This document shows, one piece after another, positions 28,729 through 39,082 of a stretch of DNA of 59,933 nt (positions are counted from its first letter, which is position 1; every line of letters starts with the position of its first letter). The position numbers and the translations under genes were made by a program. The stretch lies in the NCBI RefSeq assembly GCF_016907925.1, contig NZ_JAFBCZ010000018.1:64001-123933 (forward strand), given 5' to 3'. The stretch comes from Herpetosiphon giganteus. GTDB taxonomy: Bacteria; Chloroflexota; Chloroflexia; Chloroflexales; Herpetosiphonaceae. Below the pieces are notes generated by a model. It was not told where the DNA came from. It did no database searches and saw only the letters and a program-made list of their open reading frames with translations.

Positions 28729-29859
28729 ATGCCTCGTCAGCTTTTAACCTATCTTGATGCTTGCCTGCCGGATCTGTTGGATGAAATGCGTCAATGGATC
28801 GAAATTGAGTCGTTTACCCGTGATATTACGGCGGTTTCTTGGATGGTCAATGTGGTTGGCGAGCGCTTGAGCAAACTTGGCGCAAGTGTGCGCAAATACA
28901 ATGGCAAACCTCAAGCCGACCATTTGTTGGCCAGCTGGCCCGGCGAGGGCGAGCCAATTCTAATTGTCGGCCATGTTGATACCGTCTATCCGCCAGGCAC
29001 GATCGATCAATTTCCCTTCCGCATTGATGGTGATGTTGTGCGCGGGCCAGGCGTGAGCGATATGAAGGGCTGTATTTTGCTGACCTGCGCTGCCTTGCAA
29101 GCGTTACGCCATTTTGGGCGCTGGACAAGCCGTCCCTTAAAATTTTTGATTACCACCGATGAAGAAATTGGCAGCCCAACCTCGCGGCGCTATATTGAAG
29201 AGCAGGCGCGAGGCTGTCGTGCTGCGCTGATTATCGAATCGGCGGAAGAAGGCGGCTGGCTCAAAACATGGCGCAAAAGTGTCAGCATGTATGATTTGGA
29301 GATTACTGGCAAGCCGTCGCACGCTGGCGTTGCCCCTGAGCTTGGCATTAGCGCCATCCATGAATTAAGTTATCAGATTGGCCAGATTTTGCCTTTGGCC
29401 CGACCTGATATTGGCACGACGATCAATATTGGCAAAATTAGCGGGGGCACTGCCGCCAATGTAGTAGCCGCCGCAGCTCATTGCACCATTGATGTACGCG
29501 CACTCAAAGTTGGCGAGGCCGAACGCGTCGATCAAGCCTTACATCAGTTAGCGCCACGGCTGGCTGGAGCCAAATTAAGCTTGGAAGGCGGCGTGAATCG
29601 CCCAGCCATGGAACCAACGCCGGCAACGATGGCCTTATACGCAGCTGCCGAGCATATTGCCAATCAACTCGATTTGCCGATTAAAGCCAGTGGCACTGGC
29701 GGCGGCTCGGATGGCAATTTCACCTCGGCGATCGGCGTGCCGACCCTCGATGGCCTTGGCGGCTGGGGCAGCGATTCGCATAGCTTCGACGAGTGGCTCT
29801 CGATCAGTCAATTTGCGCCTCGCGCTGCCTTGTTGGCGCGTTTGATTGAAACGTTGTAG
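28729..29859 (+). CDS. M20 family metallopeptidase (carboxypeptidase G2/ArgE-like)
   Basis: M20 metal-binding motifs GHVDTV and ITTDEEIGS. RBS ggagga. Confidence 0.75.
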   Translation: MPRQLLTYLDACLPDLLDEMRQWIEIESFTRDITAVSWMVNVVGERLSKLGASVRKYNGKPQADHLLASWPGEGEPILIVGHVDTVYPPGTIDQFPFRIDGDVVRGPGVSDMKGCILLTCAALQALRHFGRWTSRPLKFLITTDEEIGSPTSRRYIEEQARGCRAALIIESAEEGGWLKTWRKSVSMYDLEITGKPSHAGVAPELGISAIHELSYQIGQILPLARPDIGTTINIGKISGGTAANVVAAAAHCTIDVRALKVGEAERVDQALHQLAPRLAGAKLSLEGGVNRPAMEPTPATMALYAAAEHIANQLDLPIKASGTGGGSDGNFTSAIGVPTLDGLGGWGSDSHSFDEWLSISQFAPRAALLARLIETL

Positions 29860-29860
29860 A

Positions 29861-30157
29861 GCATAGAACATAGAGTATAGAGCGAAAGGATGAAGGATGA
29901 AGGATGAAGGATGAAGTTTAACGCATAGGCGCAGAGAACCAAAGGATGAGGGATGAAGTCAATAACCTCATCTTCGTGTCCTTCGTGCTCTTCGTGGATC
30001 AATTCATTAACGCAGAGGCGCAGAGAAAACGTGGCTTTTGGCTATGGGCTATCGGAAGATTGTTTAGAAGGCACAGGATCATCCATCCTAGAGCCTATAG
30101 CCTAGAGCCTATAGCCTCACTTCGTGTCATTCGTGGATCATATTCAGGAGCTAAACA
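29861..30157. repeat. Mosaic intergenic repeat block: (ggatgaa)x4, aacgcagaggcgcagag x2, cttcgtg modules, tagagcctatagcc modules
   Basis: Same module families as at 17331-17445, 18190-18530, 33700-33990, 35640-36070, 41165-41423 and 56730-56947. Confidence 0.7.
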
Positions 30158-30619
30158 ATGGCAGGCTACACAGTTAACGTCGAATGGGAGCGCAAGGCGG
30201 CTTCATTTAGCGACGGCAAGTATAGCCGCGCTCATCGTTGGATTTTCGATGGCGGCCAGGTTGTGCCAGGCTCTTCATCGCCGCATGTCGTGCCACTACC
30301 CTACTCCGACGAACAGGCGGTTGATCCAGAGGAAGCTTTTGTGGCCGCCTTATCAAGCTGTCATATGCTCTGGTTTTTATCAATCGTGGCCAAAGCAGGC
30401 TTTATCGTCGATCACTATGCCGATCAGGCGCTGGGCAAAATGGGCAAAAATAGCGCTGGCAAAATCGTCATGACCAAAGTAACCTTGCGTCCAAGCATAA
30501 TCTGGGTCGAGCCAGCACCCAGCGCCGAGCAAATCGAGCACTTCCATCATCAAGCCCATGAGCAATGCTTTCTGGCCAACTCAGTCTATACCGAAATTAG
30601 CATCGAGCCACAAGCCTAA
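30158..30619 (+). CDS. OsmC/Ohr family peroxiredoxin-like protein
   Basis: OsmC-like motif with conserved Cys (ALSSCHMLWFLS). Confidence 0.7.
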   Translation: MAGYTVNVEWERKAASFSDGKYSRAHRWIFDGGQVVPGSSSPHVVPLPYSDEQAVDPEEAFVAALSSCHMLWFLSIVAKAGFIVDHYADQALGKMGKNSAGKIVMTKVTLRPSIIWVEPAPSAEQIEHFHHQAHEQCFLANSVYTEISIEPQA

Positions 30620-32016
30620 CGCAACAGTTGATCGAACTCCTGAGCGGCTTCATGCATTTTGCCTTGTGGCTCGCTCAGGCTCCATTCGCGCCATTGCTGG
30701 CCAAACGGCTGATCAACAAACCAACACAAGGCCTGCACCTGCGGATTGGCGCTCACTTCGCGCAGCGCATTGCTCAGCCACCCGTTAGGATAATTCTCCA
30801 GCGGCGTTTGACCTTGCTCAGGGTGAAACGTGTTGGTAGCCGTGATATACACCGGACGATTGGCCATACTCGGGTAACGATTGATAAGCGCCAACCAATC
30901 GCGATAGACCCGAAACCCACGCTGGGCCTTGCCCGATTGCGCCAAATAGACATCGCGTAATGGCTCTTGGGCAGGGTCAGCGCTCTGTTCGGGCCAGCCA
31001 AACGTACTCACCGCAAAGCCATCGGGCGCAACATTAATTTGCTGCGCATGCTTCAAACGAATTGTTTGATCAAGCAATAGCAACAAACTATTAAAATAAT
31101 TAAGCCATGGTTGATTCAGCGGATCGGCCCAAGCGCCATCAGCATCGTTGCTCCAAGGCCGCACTGGCCCGACCAACAATTTGAGCTGCGGATTCAAGCC
31201 GCGCATGGTTTCAATCACATTATCGTGACGCTCAACTGCAACTCCATAACCAACCAGCATGCGCGCAACCCAAGCAGGATTTAGTGGTTCTTGGGTCAGG
31301 GTATTTTCGCCAAGGCTATTGTATCCATTGCCAATGCTATAGCCATAAACCGCCTGCAAGCGTTGATCATGGGCCAAACGCTGGCAAAAACGCAAAAAGA
31401 TCGCCAAGGCAGTTTCTTCATCATTCGGCGGCAAACTTTGGCCTTGGTCGTAGGCAACCCGAATAATCACCCGCAAACCAGCTTTATGCGCCGCCGCCAC
31501 CCGCGAGGCTAGGGCATCGATGCTCCATTGGCTCTCATCGGCCCGCAACGCATAGGCCAATTCAATCGTCCAAGCAGCGCGGCCATGCCAATCGCGCTCA
31601 GGATTGGCGAAGACAGCACCCAACAAGGTGCTTTGGCGTGGCATCGGCGTTGGCGCTGGCTGACCAAGCATCAAACTGCCACGCTCTTGGCAACCACGAT
31701 CACAATCGTGGTAAAAACGAATATCCGCTTGGGTCAAATTGCCTGTTGTGTTCCAGCGCCACGTCCATGGGTCGCTGCCAGTGGCAAATTGCTGATCGCG
31801 GCTCAAGGTTGCGCCATCAAGCGTCAAGGCCACATAGACCCAAGGCTGGTTATCGCGCACATAGACCCATTGCTGATTTTCGGCATCGCGCTCGAACCAA
31901 ATTTGAGGCCAGCCAGCTTGTTGGTTGGTCTGAAGCACTAAATTACCGTCGATTGGCAAGAGCCAGTAGATGATTGAACCAAGAACGAGTAGGCTAAGCC
32001 AACGCCATTTAGTCAT
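30616..32016 (-). CDS. Hypothetical membrane-anchored protein, possibly a TIM-barrel glycoside-hydrolase-like fold
   Basis: Start moved to MTKWRWLSLLVLGSIIYWLL to avoid overlap with the histidine-kinase gene. No confident family assignment. Confidence 0.35.
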   Translation of the reverse strand: MTKWRWLSLLVLGSIIYWLLPIDGNLVLQTNQQAGWPQIWFERDAENQQWVYVRDNQPWVYVALTLDGATLSRDQQFATGSDPWTWRWNTTGNLTQADIRFYHDCDRGCQERGSLMLGQPAPTPMPRQSTLLGAVFANPERDWHGRAAWTIELAYALRADESQWSIDALASRVAAAHKAGLRVIIRVAYDQGQSLPPNDEETALAIFLRFCQRLAHDQRLQAVYGYSIGNGYNSLGENTLTQEPLNPAWVARMLVGYGVAVERHDNVIETMRGLNPQLKLLVGPVRPWSNDADGAWADPLNQPWLNYFNSLLLLLDQTIRLKHAQQINVAPDGFAVSTFGWPEQSADPAQEPLRDVYLAQSGKAQRGFRVYRDWLALINRYPSMANRPVYITATNTFHPEQGQTPLENYPNGWLSNALREVSANPQVQALCWFVDQPFGQQWREWSLSEPQGKMHEAAQEFDQLLR

Positions 32017-32821
32017 AGGGCAAAATCCACCATACATGCGTGCCAGTCGGCGGGCTGGTGCTGCTTTCAAGCTGCAAGCTGCTATGATGGCGGGCCAAAA
32101 TCTGTTTGACCAAGCTCAAGCCCAAGCCGCTGCCTTGATTATCCAGCACGCCACGATACAATGGCTCAGTTACATGCGGCAAATCAGCGGCGGCGATCCC
32201 CGGCCCGCTATCTTCAACACTACAACGCAACCCTTGCTCGCTCGCAGCAACCCGCACCAGCACCCGATCGCCAGCCCGACAATAGCGCAAACAATTGATC
32301 AGCAAATTTAACCAAACTTGTTTTAAGCGATCAGGATGGGCTAAAACGCGCTTGTGGGTTGGGTCGGCCTCAAATTGCAATTCAATTTGGGCTTCATCAG
32401 CCATCACCCAAATACTGGCAAGCGCTTCTTCGGCCAGCAGCGCCACATTAACTGGCACCAACGGCAATTCGTCGCTCAATTCTAACCGATGCAATTCCAA
32501 CAGATCGCGCACCAAGCGGGCCATACGTTGGGCTTCGCGTTCCAATGTCAGCAACGAATGGTCGCGCACCGTTTGCTCGCTTTGTTGGTTGCGCACAATT
32601 GCGGTATGAGCTAAAAGCGCGGTCAACGGCGTGCGCAATTCATGCGAAAGCGTGCCAATAAAAGCCCTATGTTGGGCAATTTGCTGGCGCAAGATTGGGT
32701 CAGCAGTGTGTTGAATAATCGGGCGCTTGCCACGCTGGCCCAACCACCAGCCAAGGCTAGCGACCAGCCACAGCAACAGCAAGATACCAAAAATCATGGC
32801 TTTAAGCGGCAGCACAATCAT
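32009..32821 (-). CDS. Sensor histidine kinase (short: TM, HisKA and HATPase_c)
   Basis: H-box LSHELRTPLTAL and G-box DSGPGI. Overlaps the response-regulator gene by 4 nt. Confidence 0.8.
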   Translation of the reverse strand: MIVLPLKAMIFGILLLLWLVASLGWWLGQRGKRPIIQHTADPILRQQIAQHRAFIGTLSHELRTPLTALLAHTAIVRNQQSEQTVRDHSLLTLEREAQRMARLVRDLLELHRLELSDELPLVPVNVALLAEEALASIWVMADEAQIELQFEADPTHKRVLAHPDRLKQVWLNLLINCLRYCRAGDRVLVRVAASEQGLRCSVEDSGPGIAAADLPHVTEPLYRGVLDNQGSGLGLSLVKQILARHHSSLQLESSTSPPTGTHVWWILPYD

Positions 32822-33510
32822 GGTTCACACTTCAAGCGATAGCCAAACCCCCGCACAGTCTGAATTGGGTCGGCACTAGGATCAAGTTGGTTGATTTTAG
32901 CACGTAAGCGTTGCACACATACATCAACAATTCGCGAATCACCCAAAAAGTTCGTGCCCCAAACGGTTTGCAACAGGGCCAAACGGCCCCAAACATGGCT
33001 TGGCTGACGCATTAATTGCAATAAAACGCCGCTTTCTTTGGGTGTTAATTCAAGCAATTGTTCATCCCACCATGCGCGTTGTAATTCGCAATCGAAGCGT
33101 AATTTGCCGCATTCCAATGCACCAAGCGTTTCGCGTTGATGTTGGGCCAAGCGCAAAATTGCTCGTACCCGCGCCAATAATTCAACGGGCGCAAACGGCT
33201 TGGTCAGATAATCATCAGCGCCAACCGTCAGGCCTTCAACCCGATCATGCAGCTCATCACGCGCCGAAAGCATTAAAATTGGCAAATATTGGCTGCTCTG
33301 ACGAATTTGGCGACAGAGTTCAAAGCCATCGCCATCTGGCAACATTAAATCGAGAATCACCAAGCTTGGGGGATTGAATGCCTGCAAGTGTGCCCGTGCC
33401 TGAGCCACGCTTGCAGCCTGAGCAATCTCATAGCCTGCTTGCTCCAACAGGGTGCTCACCCCACTTAAAATTGCTGGATCATCATCGACAATCAGGATGC
33501 GACCACTCAT
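32818..33510 (-). CDS. OmpR-family response regulator
   Basis: Receiver domain (ILIVDDD...DLMLPDGDG) plus winged-helix C-terminus (RGFGYRL). Confidence 0.85.
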   Translation of the reverse strand: MSGRILIVDDDPAILSGVSTLLEQAGYEIAQAASVAQARAHLQAFNPPSLVILDLMLPDGDGFELCRQIRQSSQYLPILMLSARDELHDRVEGLTVGADDYLTKPFAPVELLARVRAILRLAQHQRETLGALECGKLRFDCELQRAWWDEQLLELTPKESGVLLQLMRQPSHVWGRLALLQTVWGTNFLGDSRIVDVCVQRLRAKINQLDPSADPIQTVRGFGYRLKCEP

Positions 33511-33699
33511 AGCCCAAAACCTCCAAACTGTTGCATAGGGCTATTTTAGCTATAAAAGCGCACTCTCAGCAGCACATCAGCGCTTTATCAGCCAATTGTT
33601 ACCTAATTGTTACACAAGGGTGCTAGGCAGCTGCGTAGGAAGTTGCTACAATAATCAGTGAGGGGTGCGAACTAGTGTGTGGAAGTGATATGTGGTGGT

Positions 33700-33990
33700 T
33701 GATCGGGTAGCATTGCTACCCTTTTTTAATTTAATCCACGAAGGATACGAAGCTGAGAAACCGCGAAGGTCGAGAAATTTTCTCAGTCCCTCGTCCGTGC
33801 ATTTCATCCTTCATTCCGCATCCTTCATATTTTTGAAGCTCTACACCTCTGCGTTAAATGCGTACTCTATTTTGCTTTTTGACTTTTGATTTCTGCCTTT
33901 TCACTTTTAAAAAGGGATCAGGCTTGATGGAATCCATCCTCCAAAGCCTAATCCCTTTTGCTTTTTGATTTCTGACTTTTGACCTTTAAC
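33700..33990. repeat. Mosaic intergenic repeat block (ttcatccttcattccgcatccttcat; cttttgatttctg(c/a)cttttgac modules)
   Basis: ctttt-gac modules recur at 59721-59760; ttcatcc modules recur elsewhere. Confidence 0.6.
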
Positions 33991-34842
33991 TTATGCTTGC
34001 AATTCGCGCAAAGTTTGGAAGTCTTCGTCGCTCAAGGCAATCTTTTCAGCGCCCAGATTTTCTTCGAGGTGCTTGATTTTCGAGGTGCCAGGAATTGGCA
34101 AAATCACTGGTGAGCGTTTGAGCAACCAAGCCAAGGCAATTTGGCCAACCGTGGCTTCATATTTCTTGGCAATCTGATCAAGCGTGCCGCCAGGCGCAGT
34201 TAGTTTGCCAGCAGCCAAGGGGAACCACGGAATAAAGGCAATTTGCTGGGCTTCGCAGGCATCGACCATGCTTTCCCATTCGTGGTCACCAATGCTATAG
34301 CGATTTTGCACCGAAACGATTGGCACAACTTTTTGAGCTTGGGCCAGTTGTTCATTGTTAACTTCGCTCAAGCCAATATGCCGAATTTTGCCTTCATTGC
34401 GCAAATCGCTCAACGCGCCCAACGATTCTTCCAAAGGCACTTGAGCATCGATGCGGTGCAATTGATAGAGGTCGATCCGATCGAGTTTCAATTGGCGCAA
34501 GCTTTTTTCAAGCGAGATGCGCAAGTGTTCAGGCCGTCCATTTGAATACCAAATGTTTGGGCCGCCGCGCAACAAACCACCCTTGGTCGCAATCACCATA
34601 TCTGATGCATACGGATGCAAGGCTTCGCCGATCAAGCGTTCGCTCACATCGGGGCCATATGAATCAGCGGTATCGATAAAATTCACCCCAAGTTCGGCGG
34701 CGCGGCGCAACACAGCCTTCGCTTGTTCGGGGTCGCTTGGCTCGCCCCAAATTCCATCGCCAGTGATGCGCATCGCACCATAGCCCAACCGCCGAATTTC
34801 GAGATCGCCACCAAGTTTAAATGTTAGAGAACCGAGGCTCAT
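33991..34842 (-). CDS. Aldo/keto reductase
   Basis: AKR motifs (GYGAMRI, IDTADSYG). Start at the MSLGS methionine after RBS ggagga. Confidence 0.85.
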   Translation of the reverse strand: MSLGSLTFKLGGDLEIRRLGYGAMRITGDGIWGEPSDPEQAKAVLRRAAELGVNFIDTADSYGPDVSERLIGEALHPYASDMVIATKGGLLRGGPNIWYSNGRPEHLRISLEKSLRQLKLDRIDLYQLHRIDAQVPLEESLGALSDLRNEGKIRHIGLSEVNNEQLAQAQKVVPIVSVQNRYSIGDHEWESMVDACEAQQIAFIPWFPLAAGKLTAPGGTLDQIAKKYEATVGQIALAWLLKRSPVILPIPGTSKIKHLEENLGAEKIALSDEDFQTLRELQA

Positions 34843-34937
34843 CGAGCTTCCTCCAAAACACAATCAATACCGTTCAGTACGGAACTTCATTTATTGTACC
34901 CCAAAAAAGCTAAAATTCAGGGTTGTCACTGGGCAAT

Positions 34938-35573
34938 TTAATCGATCAAGCGGGTAGCAATATCGGGAACTTGAAAAAAAACCTCGCGTGGTGCATAGGG
35001 TGCAAAATCTTGGATGCGGCTCATGCCCCAACCAACCGCGCCAAAAGCCAATTGCGCTTGCTTAGCAGCCTCTGCATCGCGAATTTCGTCGCCAACACAT
35101 AGAATTTTTTCGCGCTCAAGGTTAGCTTTGCGCACAATTCGCTCAAAGCGCGCTCGTTTGCGCAAAATCGGCACGCTACATTCATAAAACTCAACTACAT
35201 TGGCTAAGGCATCGCCCAGCACATGGCGCACATTCTCCTCGCTATTGCTGCTGACCACGCCCAAACGCACATCGGCGGCACTCAGCTGAGCCAAAATGAT
35301 TTCCATACCCTCAAATAGCTGAATCTGACGAATATTCTGGGCCGCCAGTTGGCGAACATGCCGAGCAATGAGTGGCACTTTCCACCACGCCACTTGCATA
35401 TACTTCATCACCTCGCGCGGGCTGCGGCCCCGCAATTCGCTAAATTCCTTCGGCGTAAGTTGGCGAAATTTATATTTTTCGGCCACACCGTTGATCGCCT
35501 TGACCAACCAAGGAATCGAATCGGCCAACGTGCCATCAAAATCAAACAGAATCAATTCGTATTTTTTCATCAC
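34938..35573 (-). CDS. HAD-superfamily hydrolase (phosphoglycolate-phosphatase-like)
   Basis: Motif I LILFDFDGTLADS and motif IV GDEIRD. Confidence 0.8.
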   Translation of the reverse strand: MMKKYELILFDFDGTLADSIPWLVKAINGVAEKYKFRQLTPKEFSELRGRSPREVMKYMQVAWWKVPLIARHVRQLAAQNIRQIQLFEGMEIILAQLSAADVRLGVVSSNSEENVRHVLGDALANVVEFYECSVPILRKRARFERIVRKANLEREKILCVGDEIRDAEAAKQAQLAFGAVGWGMSRIQDFAPYAPREVFFQVPDIATRLID

Positions 35574-35687
35574 ATCGCACCACTAAAATTGCTCATTGCT
35601 AAGCATACCTTGCCACAGCGTTGTTGCCAATGTTTGAGTTACTCTAAACGAACTTTAAAGGCTCAGCAATGAGATCAAAATCCTTAA

Positions 35688-36127
35688 CGCAGAGGCGCAG
35701 CGTGTTTTTTGCACGCGAAGCACCCAAAGTTTGGGAATTGGAACTCTAACAACAATCCAACAAACAAACATTAGGGGGTGCTGGGGGATGAAAACCCCCG
35801 GCGTTTCCCTCCGGCGGAGGGACGGAAGGGTGGCGAACGATGAAAGATCTAAGCATCCAGCACTTTGCGCACGGTTTGCGCTAAGGTTGCCAATGAAACC
35901 AGAATGTTGCAGAGGCGCAGCGTGTTTTTTGCGCGCGAAGCACCCAAAGTTTGGGAATTGGAACCCTAACAACAATCCAACAAACAAACATTAGGGGGTG
36001 CTGGGGGATGAAAACCCCCGGCGTTTCCCTCCGGCGGAGGGACGGAAGGGTGGCGAACGATGAAAGATCTAAGCATCCAGCACTTTGCGCACAGTTTGGG
36101 CCAAGGTTGCCAATGAAAACGGCTTGC
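35688..36127. repeat. Tandem direct duplication of a ~220-bp unit (copy A about 35688-35907, copy B about 35908-36127). Each copy embeds the 66-bp structured element. Copy B overlaps the 3' end of the hybrid HK gene; copy A carries a pseudo-3'-end fragment of it.
   Basis: The units differ at only a few positions. Both contain ...gatgaaagatctaagcatccagcactttgcgcac..., the reverse complement of the HK C-terminal codons plus stop. Confidence 0.85.
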
Positions 36128-38210
36128 TAAGCAACAACGGTTGCTGCGCAAATTGCTGTTGTTGGGCCAAACTATGTTCAGAATAGCCTGAAATAAACAA
36201 AATTTTGAGGCTTGGGTCACGCTCGCTCACCAGCTGGCCTAGCTCAAAACCACCCATTTGGGGCATAATCAGATCGGTAATCAACAGCTGAATTGTGCCT
36301 GTAGCGTGGGCCTGCAACAGATCTAGGGCAGCCGAACCATTAGCTGCTTCCAGCACCCGATAGCCCAAACCTTGCAGCATGCGCACCAAGACGGCGCGCA
36401 CTTGTGGCTCGTCCTCGCTGACCAAGATGGTTTCGTTGCCTCGAGGCAGATTTTGGCTAGCATTTGGCGACTCAATGGCAGGCGTTTGCTCCGAACGTGG
36501 CAAATAGATTTTGATTGTTGTGCCACGATCAACTTCGCTATACAAACTAATATGACCGCCATGTTGTTTGATAATGCCATAACTGGTTGCCAAGCCCAAA
36601 CCAGTGCCTTCGTGATCGCTTTTGGTGGTAAAAAATGGCTCAAAGGCGCGGCTTTGCACTGCTTGCGTCATCCCAACGCCGCTATCGCTTACCGCAAACA
36701 CCACATACCGACCAATCGGTACATCAACATGGCTACGCGCATAGGCTGCATCAACCACCAGATTCTGCGTTTCAACCAACAAATGCCCACCGTTGGGCAT
36801 CGCATCGCGAGCATTCACCACCAAATTTAAGAGCACTTGCTCAATTTGGCCTGCATCAGCCACAACTACATCAATAGCAGGATTAAGCACAGTTTTCCAG
36901 TGAATTGATTCAGGCAAGACGCGCTTAATTAATTTTTCCATAGCAATAATTAAATCGTTAAGATTAATAATTTTTGGCTGTAGCTGTTGCTTACGAGCAA
37001 ACGTTAATAATTGAGTTGTGAGTAATGCAGCGCGATTGGTTGCATGTTGAATTTCAGTTAATTCTTCGAGCACTGGCAAACCATGCTGAAAACTATCAAT
37101 CGCCAGCGTGGTATAGCCACTAATCGCCGTTAGCAAATTATTGAAATCGTGGGCCACACCACCAGCCAAGCGCCCAATACTTTCCATCTTTTGAGCCCGA
37201 ATTAATTGCATTTGCAATTGATTGCGATCAGTGCGATCTTCTGTATGCACCATAATTAAATCTGGCTCAATAAAAACATAGCTTACATATAAATCTCTGA
37301 ATTGCTCGCTAAATTTAAATTGATAGCGTAACTCTTGATGAATTGTACTTTTTGTCTGACAACAACGCTGAAAATGTTCGAGAATTTCCGGATCATGTTG
37401 ATAGACAAGTTTGGCTGATTGATTGACAAGTTTAGTAATTGTACCTTGGGTGATGGCTATAGCTGCATCGTTGTAGGTTTCGAGGATAAAATCACTATCA
37501 ACCCAACGCCATGTATAGGTTGGAATCGGAATGCCAGCATATTGGGCGCGAAATTGGTTTTCGCTAGCGCTCAATTGGGCTACAGCCAAACGCTGTAAAC
37601 TTGCCAAGCGATAGACTACGCCAGCAATCATAATCAAAAAGATCGACCAACCCACTAAGACCAACGAATAGCGTTCCGATTGGCGTTTAATCGCTATTTC
37701 CAAATCAAGATACAGCCGATTTTCCAACTGCTCTGCTTCTAACTCAAGTTGCGAGAAGGCAATACGCCGATCGATCGTGGCTTGAGCGTGATTTTGGGGG
37801 CGATTGAGATGCTGCAATAACAAGCCGCGAAAATTGGCTAAATCTTGGCGATATTGGTTGAGTGCTTGGGCTATGGGTGGGGCTGGCGGCAGCAATTGCT
37901 CAAACACGACAACCGGATTTTGGCCCTGCTGCCAATCATCAACCGCTAAAATTGCCCAATCAAGGTAAGCAATTGCATCTTGGGCCAACAAGGTTTGGTT
38001 GCCATTCAGCACTTGCTCGGCAATCAAATAGCCGCGTTGCATATTCAAGCGGGCTTGAGTCAGGCCGTTGAATGCAGTAATTTGGGTTTGAATCATTGCG
38101 CGCATTTGGGAATAATTGGCCTGCAACAAGCCAATTGAAACCAAGGCCACACTCAATAAGGCAATTAATGGGCGTAATTCTTTGCGCCGTAGCCAAGCCA
38201 AAGCCTTCAT
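36069..38210 (-). CDS. Hybrid sensor histidine kinase (TM/sensor region, PAS-like, HisKA, HATPase_c and a C-terminal REC domain)
   Basis: H-box HDFNNLLTAISGY and G-boxes DSGVGM and GTGLGL. C-terminal receiver (ILVSEDEP...LITDLIMPQMGG). Its ATG overlaps the TGA stop of the upstream SBP gene (ATGA). Confidence 0.85.
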   Translation of the reverse strand: MKALAWLRRKELRPLIALLSVALVSIGLLQANYSQMRAMIQTQITAFNGLTQARLNMQRGYLIAEQVLNGNQTLLAQDAIAYLDWAILAVDDWQQGQNPVVVFEQLLPPAPPIAQALNQYRQDLANFRGLLLQHLNRPQNHAQATIDRRIAFSQLELEAEQLENRLYLDLEIAIKRQSERYSLVLVGWSIFLIMIAGVVYRLASLQRLAVAQLSASENQFRAQYAGIPIPTYTWRWVDSDFILETYNDAAIAITQGTITKLVNQSAKLVYQHDPEILEHFQRCCQTKSTIHQELRYQFKFSEQFRDLYVSYVFIEPDLIMVHTEDRTDRNQLQMQLIRAQKMESIGRLAGGVAHDFNNLLTAISGYTTLAIDSFQHGLPVLEELTEIQHATNRAALLTTQLLTFARKQQLQPKIINLNDLIIAMEKLIKRVLPESIHWKTVLNPAIDVVVADAGQIEQVLLNLVVNARDAMPNGGHLLVETQNLVVDAAYARSHVDVPIGRYVVFAVSDSGVGMTQAVQSRAFEPFFTTKSDHEGTGLGLATSYGIIKQHGGHISLYSEVDRGTTIKIYLPRSEQTPAIESPNASQNLPRGNETILVSEDEPQVRAVLVRMLQGLGYRVLEAANGSAALDLLQAHATGTIQLLITDLIMPQMGGFELGQLVSERDPSLKILFISGYSEHSLAQQQQFAQQPLLLSKPFSLATLAQTVRKVLDA

Positions 38211-39082
38211 GAGCCATGCTCGCACGCCTGGAGAATACTCGCAGTTGAACGATTGGGCAATTGTTCGCGCGCAAAACCAAACGGCGCAATCAAGCCATAA
38301 TGTTCGTCGCTGCCAATAAATCCAAGCAACTGCTGATCGATTGCGCTGCGCAAATGGGTATCAGCAGGGCGCATCGCAAACGCCCCATAGCCAATACTCA
38401 GATTACCATTGATGATTGGCGGCACAAATGGCTGAGCGCGTTCAACCTGATCCGGCGCTTGCTGAACTAAGAGATCGACGCTAATGTCGGTTAAGGCTAA
38501 GCCATCGGCCCGCCCTGCGAGCACTGCTGCCAAGCCAGTTTGCACATCGGGCACAAATAATAATTGCTGAGCATCAATCCCAAGTATTTGGGCGATTGTT
38601 GCTTCCTCAGCGCCGCGCATCACCGCCAACCGCCGATCAGGTCGCCGAAAATCGCTAAAACTCTGAATATGCAGGGGATTGCCAAACTGAACCAAGATCG
38701 CGGGGCTCAGGGCAAAAGTTGGTTGACTAAAAGCCAACAGCTGGGCACGCTCGCAGGTAATAAACATGCCGCTAGCAATCAGATCAAACTTGCCAGCCTG
38801 CAAGCCAGGAATTAAATCGGCCCACTCGGTCTGAACCCATTCAAGCTGGGGGATGCCTAAGCGCTGCATAACCCATGTCATGACCACCGCCGCCTCGCCG
38901 TGCATCTCGCCGCTGGCACTACGATAAGCAAACGGTGCTTCGGGAGCATAGCCAATCCGGATCATGCCAGTGCGTTGGGCACGTTCTAAGGTTGTTTCCA
39001 CCGGAGTTGTCAGCCACCAGATTAAAGCAGTGGTAACAATAATCAGCGTTAAACCAGCAAAGCTCCACCATGCTCGACGCAT
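38207..39082 (-). CDS. Family-3 periplasmic solute-binding protein (SBP_bac_3), likely a sensor partner of the hybrid HK
   Basis: Start moved to the MRRAWW methionine followed by a TM segment. Amino-acid-binding SBP-like sequence. Translationally coupled to the HK. Confidence 0.65.
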   Translation of the reverse strand: MRRAWWSFAGLTLIIVTTALIWWLTTPVETTLERAQRTGMIRIGYAPEAPFAYRSASGEMHGEAAVVMTWVMQRLGIPQLEWVQTEWADLIPGLQAGKFDLIASGMFITCERAQLLAFSQPTFALSPAILVQFGNPLHIQSFSDFRRPDRRLAVMRGAEEATIAQILGIDAQQLLFVPDVQTGLAAVLAGRADGLALTDISVDLLVQQAPDQVERAQPFVPPIINGNLSIGYGAFAMRPADTHLRSAIDQQLLGFIGSDEHYGLIAPFGFAREQLPNRSTASILQACEHGS

